DNA from: the human T2T-CHM13v2.0 reference genome, Homo sapiens
Assembly (NCBI RefSeq): GCF_009914755.1
Contig: NC_060932.1
Length of the DNA stretch: 64,000 bases
Strand: one strand, 5' to 3'
Each line of letters opens with the position of its first letter. Position 1 is the stretch's first letter. The notes beneath the pieces are model-generated. The model saw nothing but the letters and a program-made list of their open reading frames with translations, had not been told where the DNA came from and made no database searches. Positions 1 to 11,168 of the stretch are shown here, piece by piece. Made by a program: the position numbers and the translations under genes.

Positions 1-543
1 TTGCCCATTTTTGATTGAATTATTAGAATTTTTTTCCTATAGAGTTGTCTGAGCAACTTATATATATCCTGTTTATTAATCCCTTGTCAGATGGATGGTT
101 TTCAAATATATTCTCTCATTCTGGGGGTTGTCTCTTCATTTTGTTGTTTCCTTTAATGTGTAGAATCCTTTTAACTTGATGTGATCTCATTTGTCCATTT
201 TTACTTTGGTTACCTGTGCTTGTGGAGTATCACTCCAGAACTTTTTGTCCAGTCCAATGTCCTGGAAAGTTTCTCCAATGTTTTCTTTTAATAGTTTCAT
301 AGGTTTGGGTCTTAGATTTAAGTCTTCAATACATTTTTATTTCATTTTTGTATATGCCATGCATCTAGTTTCATTCTTCTCCGTAAGGATATCCACTATC
401 CAGCACCATTTATTGAAGCGATTATCCTTTCTCCAGTATATGTTCTTGGCAACTTTGTTGAAATGAGTTTGCTGTAGATATATAGATTTATTTCTGGGTT
501 CTCTATTCTTGGCCATTAATCTATATGTCTGTTTTAATGTTAG

Positions 544-921
544 TTTTTTTTTGTTTTGTTTTGTTTGGTTTACAAACAATCTGATTTAATTAGGAAGTTA
601 AATAAGTTGAGGTGGGGTGGACTGGCATTATCAGAAGGCTGACATGGGATCCCTGGAGTTGGCAATCATAGCAGTGTGGGGTTGGCAAGGGGAGCAACCC
701 CCTTCAAGGCAAGGCATAAACTATTTGGCAGGCAGAGATGAGGGGTGGGACCTCACTGTCAGTGGATGTGCTCAGGGAAGCCAGTGGGTTACATGCAACA
801 GGCGGATCATCTAGGCAACCTCAGCTATGAAGCTGGGCATCTGTGAGGGCTGAAGGCTCAGGGTTTTCACAGAGACTTGTGGTTCACCTGGGAGATGCTG
901 ACGCTTATGACTCTTTCTACT
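544..921 (-). pseudogene. FLOT1: 5'-truncated processed pseudogene of flotillin-1 (last about 21 codons + 3'UTR + poly(A))
   Basis: Minus strand reads VERVISVSISQVNHKSL*KP*, versus the recalled human FLOT1 C-terminus VERLTGVSISQVNHKPLRTA*. Native stop at 858-860, about 290 nt of UTR, ATTAAA signal (TTTAAT at 585-590), A-rich tail 544-570. It interrupts contiguous L1 sequence. Confidence 0.85.
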
Positions 922-1375
922 CACTATGCTGTTTTGGTTACTAAAGCTCTGTAATATAATTTGAAGTCAGGTAATGTGATTCCTCTAGTTTTGTTCTTTT
1001 TGTTCAGGATAGCTTTGGTCTTTTGTGGTTCCACTTAAATTTTAGGATTTTTTTTTTTTTTCTGTGAAGAAGGCCATTGGTATCTTTGTCTCCTCTGCCT
1101 GTGTATTTCAAATAGTCTGTCTTCAAGCTCACTAATTCTTTCTTCTGCTTGATCAGTTCTATTAAGAAGTTATAATGGATTGCTCAATGGGTCAGTTCCA
1201 TTTATCAACTCCAGAAATTCTGCTTGATTATTTTTATTTATTTTGATCTTTTATTAAAGGTATCTGATAGAATTCTGACTTCTTTCTCTGTGTTATCTTG
1301 AGTTTCATTGCATTTTCTCAAAACAAATATTTTGAGTTATCTATCTGAAAAGTCACATATCTCTGTCTCTCCAGG

Positions 1376-1743
1376 TGATATGGTTTGGCTGTGTCATCAC
1401 TGAAATATCATCTTGAATTGTAGCTCCCATAATTCCCACATGTTGTGGGAGGGACCTGGTGGGAGACAATTGAATCATCAGGGCAGTTTCCCCCATACTG
1501 TTCTTGTGGTAGTGAATAAATCTCTCATGATCTGTTGGTTTTATAAGGGGAAACCCCTTTCACTTGGTTCTCATTGTGTCTACCCTACCACCATGTAAGA
1601 TGTGACTTGCTCTTCCTTGCCTTCCACCATGGTGTGAGGCCTCCCCAGCCATGTGGAACTGTGAGTCCATAAAACTTATTTTCTTTATAAATTACCCCAT
1701 CTTGGGTATGTCTTTATCAGCAGCATGAAAATGGACTAATACA
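1376..1743 (+). mobile_element. THE1 (THE1C-like) MaLR solo LTR
   Basis: TGATATGGTTTGGCTGTGTC...GACTAATACA termini, 368 bp, 5-bp TSD CCAGG (1371-1375, 1744-1748). Confidence 0.93.
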
Positions 1744-2513
1744 CCAGGATTGGTTCCTAGTGGTTTATTCAGTTTACTTGTTAAATTCCTGTTTTCCTGG
1801 ATGGTCTTAATGTTTGTGGTCATTTATCAGTGCCTGGGCATTGAAGAGTTAAGTATTTATTATAGTCCTCAGAATTTGAGCTTGTTTGTATCCGTCCTTC
1901 TTGGGAAGACTTTCCAAGTATTCAAAGGGATTTGGGTGTTGCACTCTACTTTTGGTCTCTGCAGCTATATCTGCATTAAGGGGCACACCAAGCCCAATAA
2001 CACTGTGGATCTTGCAAAATCATAGAGGTACTGCCCTAGTTATCTTGGATAATATCCAGAATAATTATCTCAATTACCAAGAGAGACTCATGTTCTCTTC
2101 TGTTACTTTCTACTAACAAGTGAAATCTCACTAGTGAAATCTCACTCTTTGTGCTGAGCTGCCTGAAGCTGGGAAAAGAGTGACAAAAACACCCCTGTGG
2201 CCACCACCACTTGTACTGCACTGGGTCAGAACTGAAGCCAGCATGGTACTGGGTCTCACCCAAGGCCTGTGCTAAGCACTGCCTAGCTACCACTTATGGT
2301 GACTCAAGGCCTTGGGGTGCTACAATCAGTAGGTGTTTAAGCAAACCAGGCTTGTGTCCTTCTCTTCAGGTCAGTGAGTTTCCCTCATCCCTGGTCAGGT
2401 CCAGAGATGATGTCCAGGAGCCAGGGCCTGGAGTCAAAAACCTTAGAAACCTACCTGATGTTCTATTGCTACTGCTGCTGAGCTGACACCCAAACAACAA
2501 GATAAAGTCCTCA

Positions 2514-2847
2514 TGCCCTGATGATTCAATTGTCTCCCACCAGGTCCCTCCCACAACATGTGGGAATTATGGGAGCTACACTTCAAGATGATATTTCAGT
2601 GATGACACAGCCAAACCATATCACCTGGAGAGACAGAGATATGTGACTTTTCAGACAGATAACTCAAAATATTTGTTTTGAGAAAATGCAATGAAACTCA
2701 AGATAACACAGAGAAAGAATTCAGAACTCTATCAGATACATTTAATAAAAGATCAAAATAATTAAAAATAATCAAGCAGAATTTCTGGAGTTGATAAATG
2801 GAACTGACACATTGAACAATCCATTATAGCTTCTTAATAGAATTGAT
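2514..2847 (-). repeat. Inverted duplicate of 1152-1485 (L1 ORF1 + THE1 5' end)
   Basis: 334 bp, about 10 mismatches by manual alignment, flanked by direct repeat GATAAAGTCCT (2501-2511, 2845-2855). Confidence 0.95.
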
Positions 2848-3080
2848 AAAGTCCTTCCCTTCTTTCCTCTCTTTCCATAAGCAGAGAAGTCTCTCCCATT
2901 GGCCACCACTTCCCTAGGCTTGCAGCAAGCGCTGCATAGCTAGCACTGATATTCACTTAAGAACCAAAAGCTCTTCAGTCATCTTTTACTGAATGCTGCC
3001 AGGCCCGGGACTCACCATTCAGAACAATGGGCTCCCCTAAGGCTCAGAGCAAGTCTAGAAGTGCTATCCTAGAGCCAAGA

Positions 3081-3143
3081 CACTGAGTTCCAATGCAAAG
3101 TCCCCATGATGGTTAATATTGAGTGTCAACTTGATTGGATTGA
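3081..3143 (+). repeat. Direct duplicate of 3974-4036 (L1 5'UTR + MLT2A 5' end)
   Basis: 63 bp, 61/63 identical (CA vs TG at the LTR start). Confidence 0.93.
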
Positions 3144-3997
3144 GCCCAAGGACCCTAAGGACCCCCTTGGTGCTTTACCCCACTGTGGCCTAGCTGGTAC
3201 CTAATCTGCAAGACAAAGTCCCCTTTTATTCTTCCCTCTTCTTTTCTCAAGCATAAGTAATCTCTCCTCACAGCCAGCACAGCTGAGAATGTGCTGGGTT
3301 ACACCTGAAACCAGCGCATCTCTGGTCTCACTCACAGCCCATGATGAGTACTACCTGGGTATCATTGCTGATTATTCAGGGACCAAGGGTTCATTAGTCA
3401 GCAGGTGATAAATCCTGCCAGGACTGCATCCTTCCCTTCAAGGCAGTGCATTCCTTTCTGGCCCAGAGTGTGTCTTGAAATGTCTTCTGGGAGTTAGGGT
3501 CTGGAACAGGGGCCTCACACCTCTGCCTGGTATCCTATACTACTGTGGCTGAGCTGGTATCCAAGTGGTAAGACAAAGTCTTCTTTACTCTTTCCTCTCC
3601 TCTTCTCAAGGAGAGGTAAGTAGTCTCTCCTGAAACTGAGCTATGCTACCTTGGGATGGATGAGGGGTGGCATAAGCACTCCTTTGGCTTCCCAGCTAGT
3701 GTCTCATTAGGTCACATGCTTCCCAAGCCCCCTGCTCTGGGTCCAGCACAGCACCATAACTTGCTCAATAATTGCAATCCTTATGGCCTAGACTGCCTTT
3801 TAAGTTTATTTAGGACCCCAGAATCCTTTAGCCCATGGTAGCATAGCTTGCTAGTACTCAGGTTCTGACTGCCAGGACGGGCAAGTCCCCTCTGGCTAGG
3901 GCTGGTCTAAATGTTCCCTCCATTGGCGCTGGCTGAGTTCTGTCTGGTGTTGCTTTCTGCTGTGGCAGGGCAGCACTGAGTTCCAATGCAAAGTCCC

Positions 3998-4545
3998 TGT
4001 GATGGTTAATATTGAGTGTCAACTTGATTGGATTGAAAGATACAAGGTATTGTTCCTGGGTGCATCTGTGAGAGTGTTGCCAAAGGGGATTGCAATTGAG
4101 TCAGTGGACTGAGAGAGGCAGACCTACCCTTCAGCTGGGTGGGCACCATCTAATCAGCTGCCAGCACAGCTAGAACAAAGCAGGCAGAAGAAGAAGGGAA
4201 AGCTGACCTATTGAGTCTTCCAGCCTTCATCTTTCTCTTGCATTGGGTGCTTCCTGCCCTTGAAAATCAGACTCCCATTTCTTCAGCTTTTGGATTCTTG
4301 GACATAACACCAGTGGTTTGCTAGCAGCCCTGGGGCCTTCAGCTACAGACTGAAAGCTGCACTGTCAGGTTCCCTACTTTTGAGATTTTGGGACTTGGAC
4401 AGGCTTCCTTGCTCCTCAGCTTGCAGACAGCCTATTGTGGGACTTCACCTTGTGATCGTGTCAGTCAATACTCTTTAATAAACTCCCCATCATATATACA
4501 CCTATCCTATTAGTTCTGTTTCTCTAGAGAACCCTGACTAATACA
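3998..4545 (+). mobile_element. MLT2A (ERVL) solo LTR
   Basis: TGTGATGGTTAATATTGAGTGTCAAC...CTGACTAATACA, 548 bp, TSD GTCCC (3993-3997, 4546-4550). Confidence 0.93.
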
Positions 4546-5066
4546 GTCCCACAAACACTTTGCCCTCTCCCTCTCCCAAAAGCACAGATTCTCTCTTTGC
4601 ATCATGTGGCCAACCACTGGGGGATGAGAAAGAGGTGGCAGTGGCAATCCTGTACGGTCTTTCTAACCCTCTTCAGTGTCTCTTTCTGTGATATGCATTT
4701 AAAACCACATATTGCGATTGTTCACTTGATTTTTGGTTCTTATGAAGGTGACTTTTTGTGTGGATTCTTGTTCAGTCTGGTGTTCCTGTGGGGAAGATTG
4801 TTGGTGGAGGCTTCAATTTGGTCATCTTGCTCCACCTCTGACTGATATATGCTTTGTTGATATATTGTTATTATTTCAATTTTTTTTCTGAGTGTTGCTA
4901 TTCTGTAAAATTGGATTTGTATTTCCATTTTAATCTGACAACCAGCCAATTTAAAGAGTTCTTTTTTTTAACCCCAATAACTCTGTATATTCTTTGGGGA
5001 TATCGACGTAAAGGGTCATGTAATTTGTAAATAATGACAAAGTGATTTTTTCCTTTCTCATCCTTG

Positions 5067-5715
5067 TGCTACAGCAGGTAGTTAGAGATGAGCAGGGCAG
5101 GAGAACCCTCCTCCCACCCCCAGGAATGTCAGGCAATCATAAGATGAGGGTCAAGCCGTTGTTAAACTGCCTCGCTAAAGTAATAATTAGTTGCAGCTGG
5201 TGCCAGGGACGGACCGTCTTCCAGTAGATAGAAAACACCTGAAACTGGTGATCAGCTGCTTTCTGATAAGACCTCAGGAATTAGGCGAGTGGGCTCAAGC
5301 ATGCGCACTAACAGGCATAGCGGAAGAGTTAAAAATGCCTCAAATAAGCATGCGTAAAACTTTAGTAAACACACTGCACATTCAGTCCCTCCCAAGTGCT
5401 GGCCGGCCACTGTGCATGCGAACAGCCTACCTCAAGGTAAGCATCAGGCAAGAAGGAACACAACCCCTGCGCCCCCCCCAAGGAATCATGCCAAAATATA
5501 AAACCGTAAGTCTAAAGTCAAACGGTGCACTTGAATCTCTCGTTGCCCACTTGACCCTCTTCCAGGCGTACTTTACTTCCTTTCATCCCCACTCTAAAGC
5601 TTTTTAACAAACTTTCACCCCTGCTCTAAAACTTGCCTCAGCATCTCTTTCAGCCTTAGTCCCCTCAGTTGAATTCTTTCTTCTGAGGAGACAAAAATTG
5701 AGGTAACTAATAACA
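5067..5715 (+). mobile_element. ERV1 solo LTR, MER50-like
   Basis: TG...CA ends. Internal GATAGAAAACACCTGAAACTGGTGATCAGC, AAGCATGCGCAC and CTGCTCTAAAACTTGCC resemble recalled MER50. Imperfect 4-bp TSD CTTG/TTTG. Confidence 0.7.
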
Positions 5716-5938
5716 TTTGTATTTCAATTTTATTTTCTTTCTCAATACTCTAATTAGATAATTTCATAAAAGGTTAAATGGAAGTTGTGCTAATATTCAC
5801 GCCTTCTTCCTAACTAAAAGTAATTATCTCAAAATTATCTATCAGTACCTATTATGTTTGTTGGTTGATTGTGATAGATAGCTTTTATTAGAAAAAGTTT
5901 TAATTATACTCTCAATTTGATTATTTTTGAATGAATAT

Positions 5939-6511
5939 TGTGAAAGTTAATATTGCCAACTGGATTGGATTGAAGGATGAAAAATATTATTTCTGGATGT
6001 ATCTGGGTGTTTCTGGGTGTTGCCAGGAGAAACTAACATTTGAGTCAGTAGACTGAGAGAGGAAGACCTGTCCTTAGAAAGACTCACCAGTGTGAGTGGG
6101 CATCATCCAATAGGCTGCCAACACAGCTAGAAAAAGCAGGCAGAAGAAGGTGGAACTGGCTGACTTGCTGAGTCTTTCGGCCTCATCCTTCTCCCATGCT
6201 GGATGCTTTCTGCCCTTGAACATCAGACTCCAAGGTCTTCAGCTTTTAGACTTGGACTTACACCAGTGGTTTGCCAGGGGCTCTCAGGCCTTCAGCCATA
6301 GACTGAAGGTTGCACTGTCCACTTCCTACTTTTGAGATTTTGGGACTCGGACTGGATTCCTTGTTCCTCAGCTTGCAGATAGCCTATTGTGGGACTTCAT
6401 CTTGTGATTGTTTGAGTCAATATTCCTTAATAAACTCTCCTTACTCCCCTTCGTATATAGTTAGACAGAACTAATAGAAGTTCTGTCCTCTAGAGAACCC
6501 TGACTAATACA
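5939..6511 (+). mobile_element. MLT2A (ERVL) solo LTR
   Basis: Homologous to 3998-4545, with its own TSD AATAT (5934-5938, 6512-6516). Confidence 0.9.
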
Positions 6512-6516
6512 AATAT

Positions 6517-7000
6517 ATAGTAAAATTCATTAAGTACTTTTTCTGCATCTATTGAGATCATATAATTTCCCTCCTTTAGTACTTTGTTTTCAAAAATTCT
6601 AATAACTTATTCTAAAATAGTATGTCAACAATGCATTTCTGGATAAACTAAGCTTACTTATTGTGTATTATTTTATTTTGGGGGAAATTTTATTTGGTAT
6701 CTTAATAGTTTTGGATTTTTGTAATCATTTTCACAAGGGAGATCAGCCTGTAAAGTTTCTTTCTCATAGATCCTTTACATGGATTAAATATTAAAGTCGC
6801 ATTTCCTAATAAAAGCAATTTGAACGTGACCTTTTATGTGCCTCTTCCTGGAAAATACTTTTATGAGATTGGAATTACATAAACCTAAATGTTTGGTGGA
6901 ACTAATCTGTAAATCAATTTGAGCTGAGTGCTTTCTTTACAGAAAGTTTTCAAAATAGTGATTTACTTCTTTTAACAGTTGTAGAATGCTCCAGGGTTTC
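6517..7000 (-). mobile_element. Degenerate old L1 ORF2 fragment (also 4840-5060 and 5716-5938)
   Basis: e.g. TTTTCTGCATCTATTGAGATCAT resembles antisense ORF2 at 15347-15373. Confidence 0.6.
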
Positions 7001-9312
7001 TTGTTTTTCCCAACTTACTTTTAACAATTTCATGTCATTTGAATTATTCTATTTTATCTTAAATTCTTGCATGTGATTCTGTTGTTTGTTTTTTTTTTTT
7101 TTTTTTTTACTGTATTTTACATTGAAAACTTTTATTTTGTCTTTTAAATTGACTGACCTCATTTCTTTTAGGATCACTATCTTTGTAGAAATTCATAGAC
7201 ACTTTGGTTCAAAGGGTTTCTCCAGATGTTTGCCTATTCTCCTGTTAATTATCTGGCATCATATGCCCATCATCTTATGACTTCACTGATTAGATTATCT
7301 TCTTGAGCTGTTTTGTATCACATAAATCCATGTGATAGTGACAGGCAGCTTACTTCATTTCTCATAAAAAATCACCCATCACCACCCCATTGTAACACGG
7401 ATTCCATAACTTTCTAATTGACCATCTGTGCATTAGATTCATTTTAAACTTACCCTTTCTCTGAAGGTATGGCCCTCAGGGCCACTACCTTTATATATGG
7501 ATTCTTAATTTTACTCATTGTCTTGGTGAAGTCTGAAGATTTATTTCCCAACTCCTCTATTCTACACAGCAATAAATATGGAAGTTCTAAGTTACTACGA
7601 TTTGGCTCATATTCTCAAGATAAAAGCTGATTTGGGGCTAACTTACTTCCATGATGCCTGTTTCATTAAGTTTTTTTTTTTAACCCCTGTTAATTTCTTA
7701 ATTTCATGCCACCCTAGCTATCCATTTAAGTGTGTGTATATATGAGTCGACTTTTTAACAATTTCTTCAAGTGAATGTTTTAGGTTATATATTCCCCAGT
7801 AATACCAGGAACAAATTCTTGGTATAAGAGTACGCATGTTTTAAATATCAACCGATATTGCATTTGCATAGGTATACTTATGAAAAAAAACACTAGATAC
7901 TATCAATATTTATGCATTTAGATTAATAAAATATACTTTAGTTTTTAAAATTTTATTTTGCATCGTATCTTGAATATGAGATTTGGAATATCATTCAATT
8001 ATTTATTGAGCATTCCTTTTCTTGCATGTATTGCTTTCTCAGAGACTATTCCACTTTTTTATTGATTTCTCTTTTCATATCTGACTTTGTATGCAATGCA
8101 CACCTATTAGGAAGCTATTTTAAAAAGTGTTAATGGTGCAGAAATACAAAGTGCATGTGTTTAAAATATAAAGAGGTAGGGTTGAAGTATCTCTACTACA
8201 TTTGGCAACTACAGTGGCTTCTGTAGAGACACAGCTTGCAAGTTGGCGAGGCCTTCTCTTCTTGATAAAATCACCCCTCTAAATGGCCAATTATCAACTA
8301 CACCATCACTTAGAAAGCTGTGCAAGGCTTCGACCTACTGTCTGACAGGTAGCAACATATCCTGGAAATGTATCCTGACTGTAGACAAACTTTTCAAATG
8401 TCATTTGTCAGACAGTGGACTAAGTAGCAATTCAGAGGAGCAAAGTGCATCTGTATAAAATGTACAACTGACAGTTTATGGGTTAACTTCTAGCAAAGAA
8501 AATATTCTTGCTCCAAGTTCCAGCTGAGATTTTATCTGCCTCTTATTACATTCTTTTCTTCTCACTGACTTAATCTTCTTTGCTTGTTTTCCTTTAGTAC
8601 ATTCTATTATTTATGTAATTCTGGGGTACCAGTGAAAGCACTTGGTAAACTCATAGAAGGAAAAAAATACAAAAACATATGTTATTCATGTATATTTATA
8701 ATAACTTTTTCTTTAAAAATTTAAATATTTTTGCAATATATATTATGTGACTTAGAGATCTGTATATGTATCCTAGCAGCAGTACTTCCTTGTTTTAATT
8801 ACTAAAAGTCTGTTACACTGTGATATGAGTACTACACATTTGAAAATTTCCTATGTATTCTAACAGAAATTATAGGAAATTGGTCACAGATTTCTCATGT
8901 GACCATTTCTAATTAAGAAATAGATAGAGCAAGAAATTCTAGCGAATGAAGTTATAACTTAGCTAAGTCGCCACAGTTCAGTGTTCTCCTGGCTCAACCA
9001 TGATCAATTTGGAAGCCATACACATCTCTTGTAACCACACTTACTTTCTAAAGACAGACAATAGGAAAGTTATTTTTTTAAATGATGCACGTGCCCTATA
9101 TATAAGCAAAATCACCCTGATTCCATTTTGGAAAAGAGAATACAAAGTCTTTCTTTGAAGAATGTCCATTTCCCTTCTAGCAAAATCATAATTCTCCTTT
9201 AAAGCCTTGTAACGTAAATATTTAGATATCAGGTTAGCTACTATTAATCGTTTTCATGCTACATGGTAGGGAATAGATAAGGTAAAGAAAAAATATAATA
9301 AACAAATATACT

Positions 9313-9600
9313 GGTCAGGTGCGGTGGTTTACACCTATAATCTCAGCACTTTGGAAGGCTGAGGTGGGCAGATTACTTGAGCCTAGGAGTTTGAGAGCAG
9401 CCTGGCCAACATGGCTAAACCCCATCTCTACTAAAAATACATAAATTAGCCGGACATGGTGGCACATGCCTATAATCCCAGCTTCTTGGAAGGCTGAGAC
9501 ACGAGAATTGCTGGAACCTGGAGGCAGAGTTGCAGTGAGCTGATATCGCTCAAGGGTACTGCAGCCTGGGTAACAGAGCAAGACTGTCTCAAAAAGAAAA
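9313..9600 (+). mobile_element. Alu (J/old S)
   Basis: Dimeric Alu with A tail; TSD AACAAATATA (9301-9310, 9606-9615). Confidence 0.95.
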
Positions 9601-10844
9601 CATCCAACAAATATATTAATATTTACCAATTTAATATTTGATTTGGTATTAACACACAAACAAAAAATATTCGTATTTAAGAGCTCATTTCTGAAGCCAG
9701 TCACATGATTTCTCTGTCTTTTACTCTCCATTTCATCCTCCTTTTATCTTTGGCAAACATTGCAACCATTTGTGGTCCCTTCATGGTAGAGTTTGGGCTC
9801 AATGAGAGAAGTGAGACCCCTATAAATTATGTAAAGCATAACTTTTGATAGTCATTAGCCATTGTATAATCATAATAACCTGTTAAACAGTTCATGTATA
9901 AATATTGTATCCCTATGTCTGTGACTGATCTTGAAATTAAGAGGTACAAAAGTTGGGATGGGGAGCTAGATATAAAATAAGGGTTACCAAGAGCAAACTG
10001 GGAACACATCACTGAAACACATCATTCTCTTCTTAAAATAGAAACTAAAAGCTGTTAAGTAAATAACAGAGAAAAACATAAAAAGTAATCAGTGACTGAT
10101 TAAGATAGAGTCTTATAAATAACCAAATATACATAACTTACTAATTAAATTATTTAAAATAGTTCTCTAGGTTTCATATGCACCTTGCATGAAGATTATA
10201 TAAAAGCTTTCTCTTCGAGGGTTTTTCTTTTCATTATGTTATATTCCACAAGGAAGACTCCTGCTAGGTAAAACAAACAAACAAAAATAACAAACATAGA
10301 CTCTTGTAATTATATGTATCTACTTTGAATGCTGGTTTTATTACTTATTAACTATATGGTCTTGTCTGGAATACTCAACATTTCTCAGCTTCATTTTCCT
10401 CATTAATAAAATAGAAAAAGTAATGGTTGTAGAACTAGTGTAAAAATAAAATTAGATTTTATAATTAAAGGCCTAGGTGCATAATCAGTTTACTAATTTT
10501 ATTCACTTTTGTAGTCATGAAAATAAGATGATGATATTTTTCTTAATCGTAACTTAAGCCATGTGTTCTGGCAAATTTTCCTATGAATGATGAGCATATT
10601 GATATGAAAATTCTAAAAGAAAGGTTAAATTGTTAATTATAGTTGGAAAATTTTGCAAATTGACTAAGTTAATAATAAAAAATAATCATCTTTTTAAAAT
10701 ATTGGTAGCTGACAATTATTAGAGGTAGATGATGGTTAGCCACTACCACTAACCTTATTATCAGTCTAAAAGGAAAGAAATTTCATACCCTATTCTGTCA
10801 TATTATAGACATTCTTAGTTGATAGGCAAAGACTGTCTTCTAGC

Positions 10845-11168
10845 CAGAAGCACAGGCAAAAAGAAATAAAGGCAAATGGGATAACATCAAACTAAAAAGC
10901 TTTTGTGCCACAAAGAAAACAGTCAACAAAGTGAGGAGAAAACATACAGAATGTGAGAAAATATTTGTAAACTATGCATCGGACAAGGAGTTCATATACA
11001 AGAATATGTAACAAACACAAACAACTCAATGGCAATAAAATAAGCAATCTGATTAAAAAATGGGCAAAGACTCTGAATAGACATTTCTCAAAAGAAGACA
11101 TACCAGTGACCAACAGATATATGAAAAATGCTCAACATCACTAATCACCAAGGAAATGCAACTCAAAA
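10845..11168 (+). mobile_element. L1M ORF2 3' fragment
   Basis: ATCAAACTAAAAAGCTT...GAATAGACATTTCTCAAAAGAAGACATAC...CTCAACATCACTAATC. Confidence 0.85.

Larger units (their letters stand above)
1..4838 (-). mobile_element. Old L1 (L1MA/L1PB-age, L1M1/M2-type 5'UTR), interrupted and internally deleted
   Basis: 1-543 and 922-1085 are antisense ORF2 3' part (similar to young L1 at about 14000-14670). About 1086-1800 is antisense ORF1, and about 2100-4838 is a GC-richer repeated 5'UTR ending GGTCATCTTGCTCCACCTC (reverse complement of an L1 start GAGGTGGAGCAAGATG). Confidence 0.85.

Noticed and set aside
2514-2623. Independent THE1 insertion
   Set aside because: It carries the flanking L1, the TSD and the private variants of the 1376 copy, so it is a local duplication.
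2150-3700. Recurring GACAAAGTCC...CTCT units as a novel repeat array
   Set aside because: Consistent with the internally repeated 5'UTR of old L1 families.
5191-5607. 138-aa ORF
   Set aside because: Lies inside an LTR, has a non-ATG start and no recognisable domain.
3998-6511. Two same-strand MLT2A LTRs as ends of one provirus
   Set aside because: Each has its own TSD (GTCCC, AATAT), and the interval is L1 and MER50-like sequence, not ERVL internal.
7089-7136. Poly-T with minus-strand AATAAA 22 nt away, as a second retrocopy
   Set aside because: No TSD or recognisable parent; surrounding sequence looks like degenerate L1, and the hexamer is common in AT-rich DNA.
9315-9731. Alu-antisense ORFs (also 27081-27467, 36626-36937, 41543-41851, 49794-50069)
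   Set aside because: Standard Alu translation artefacts.
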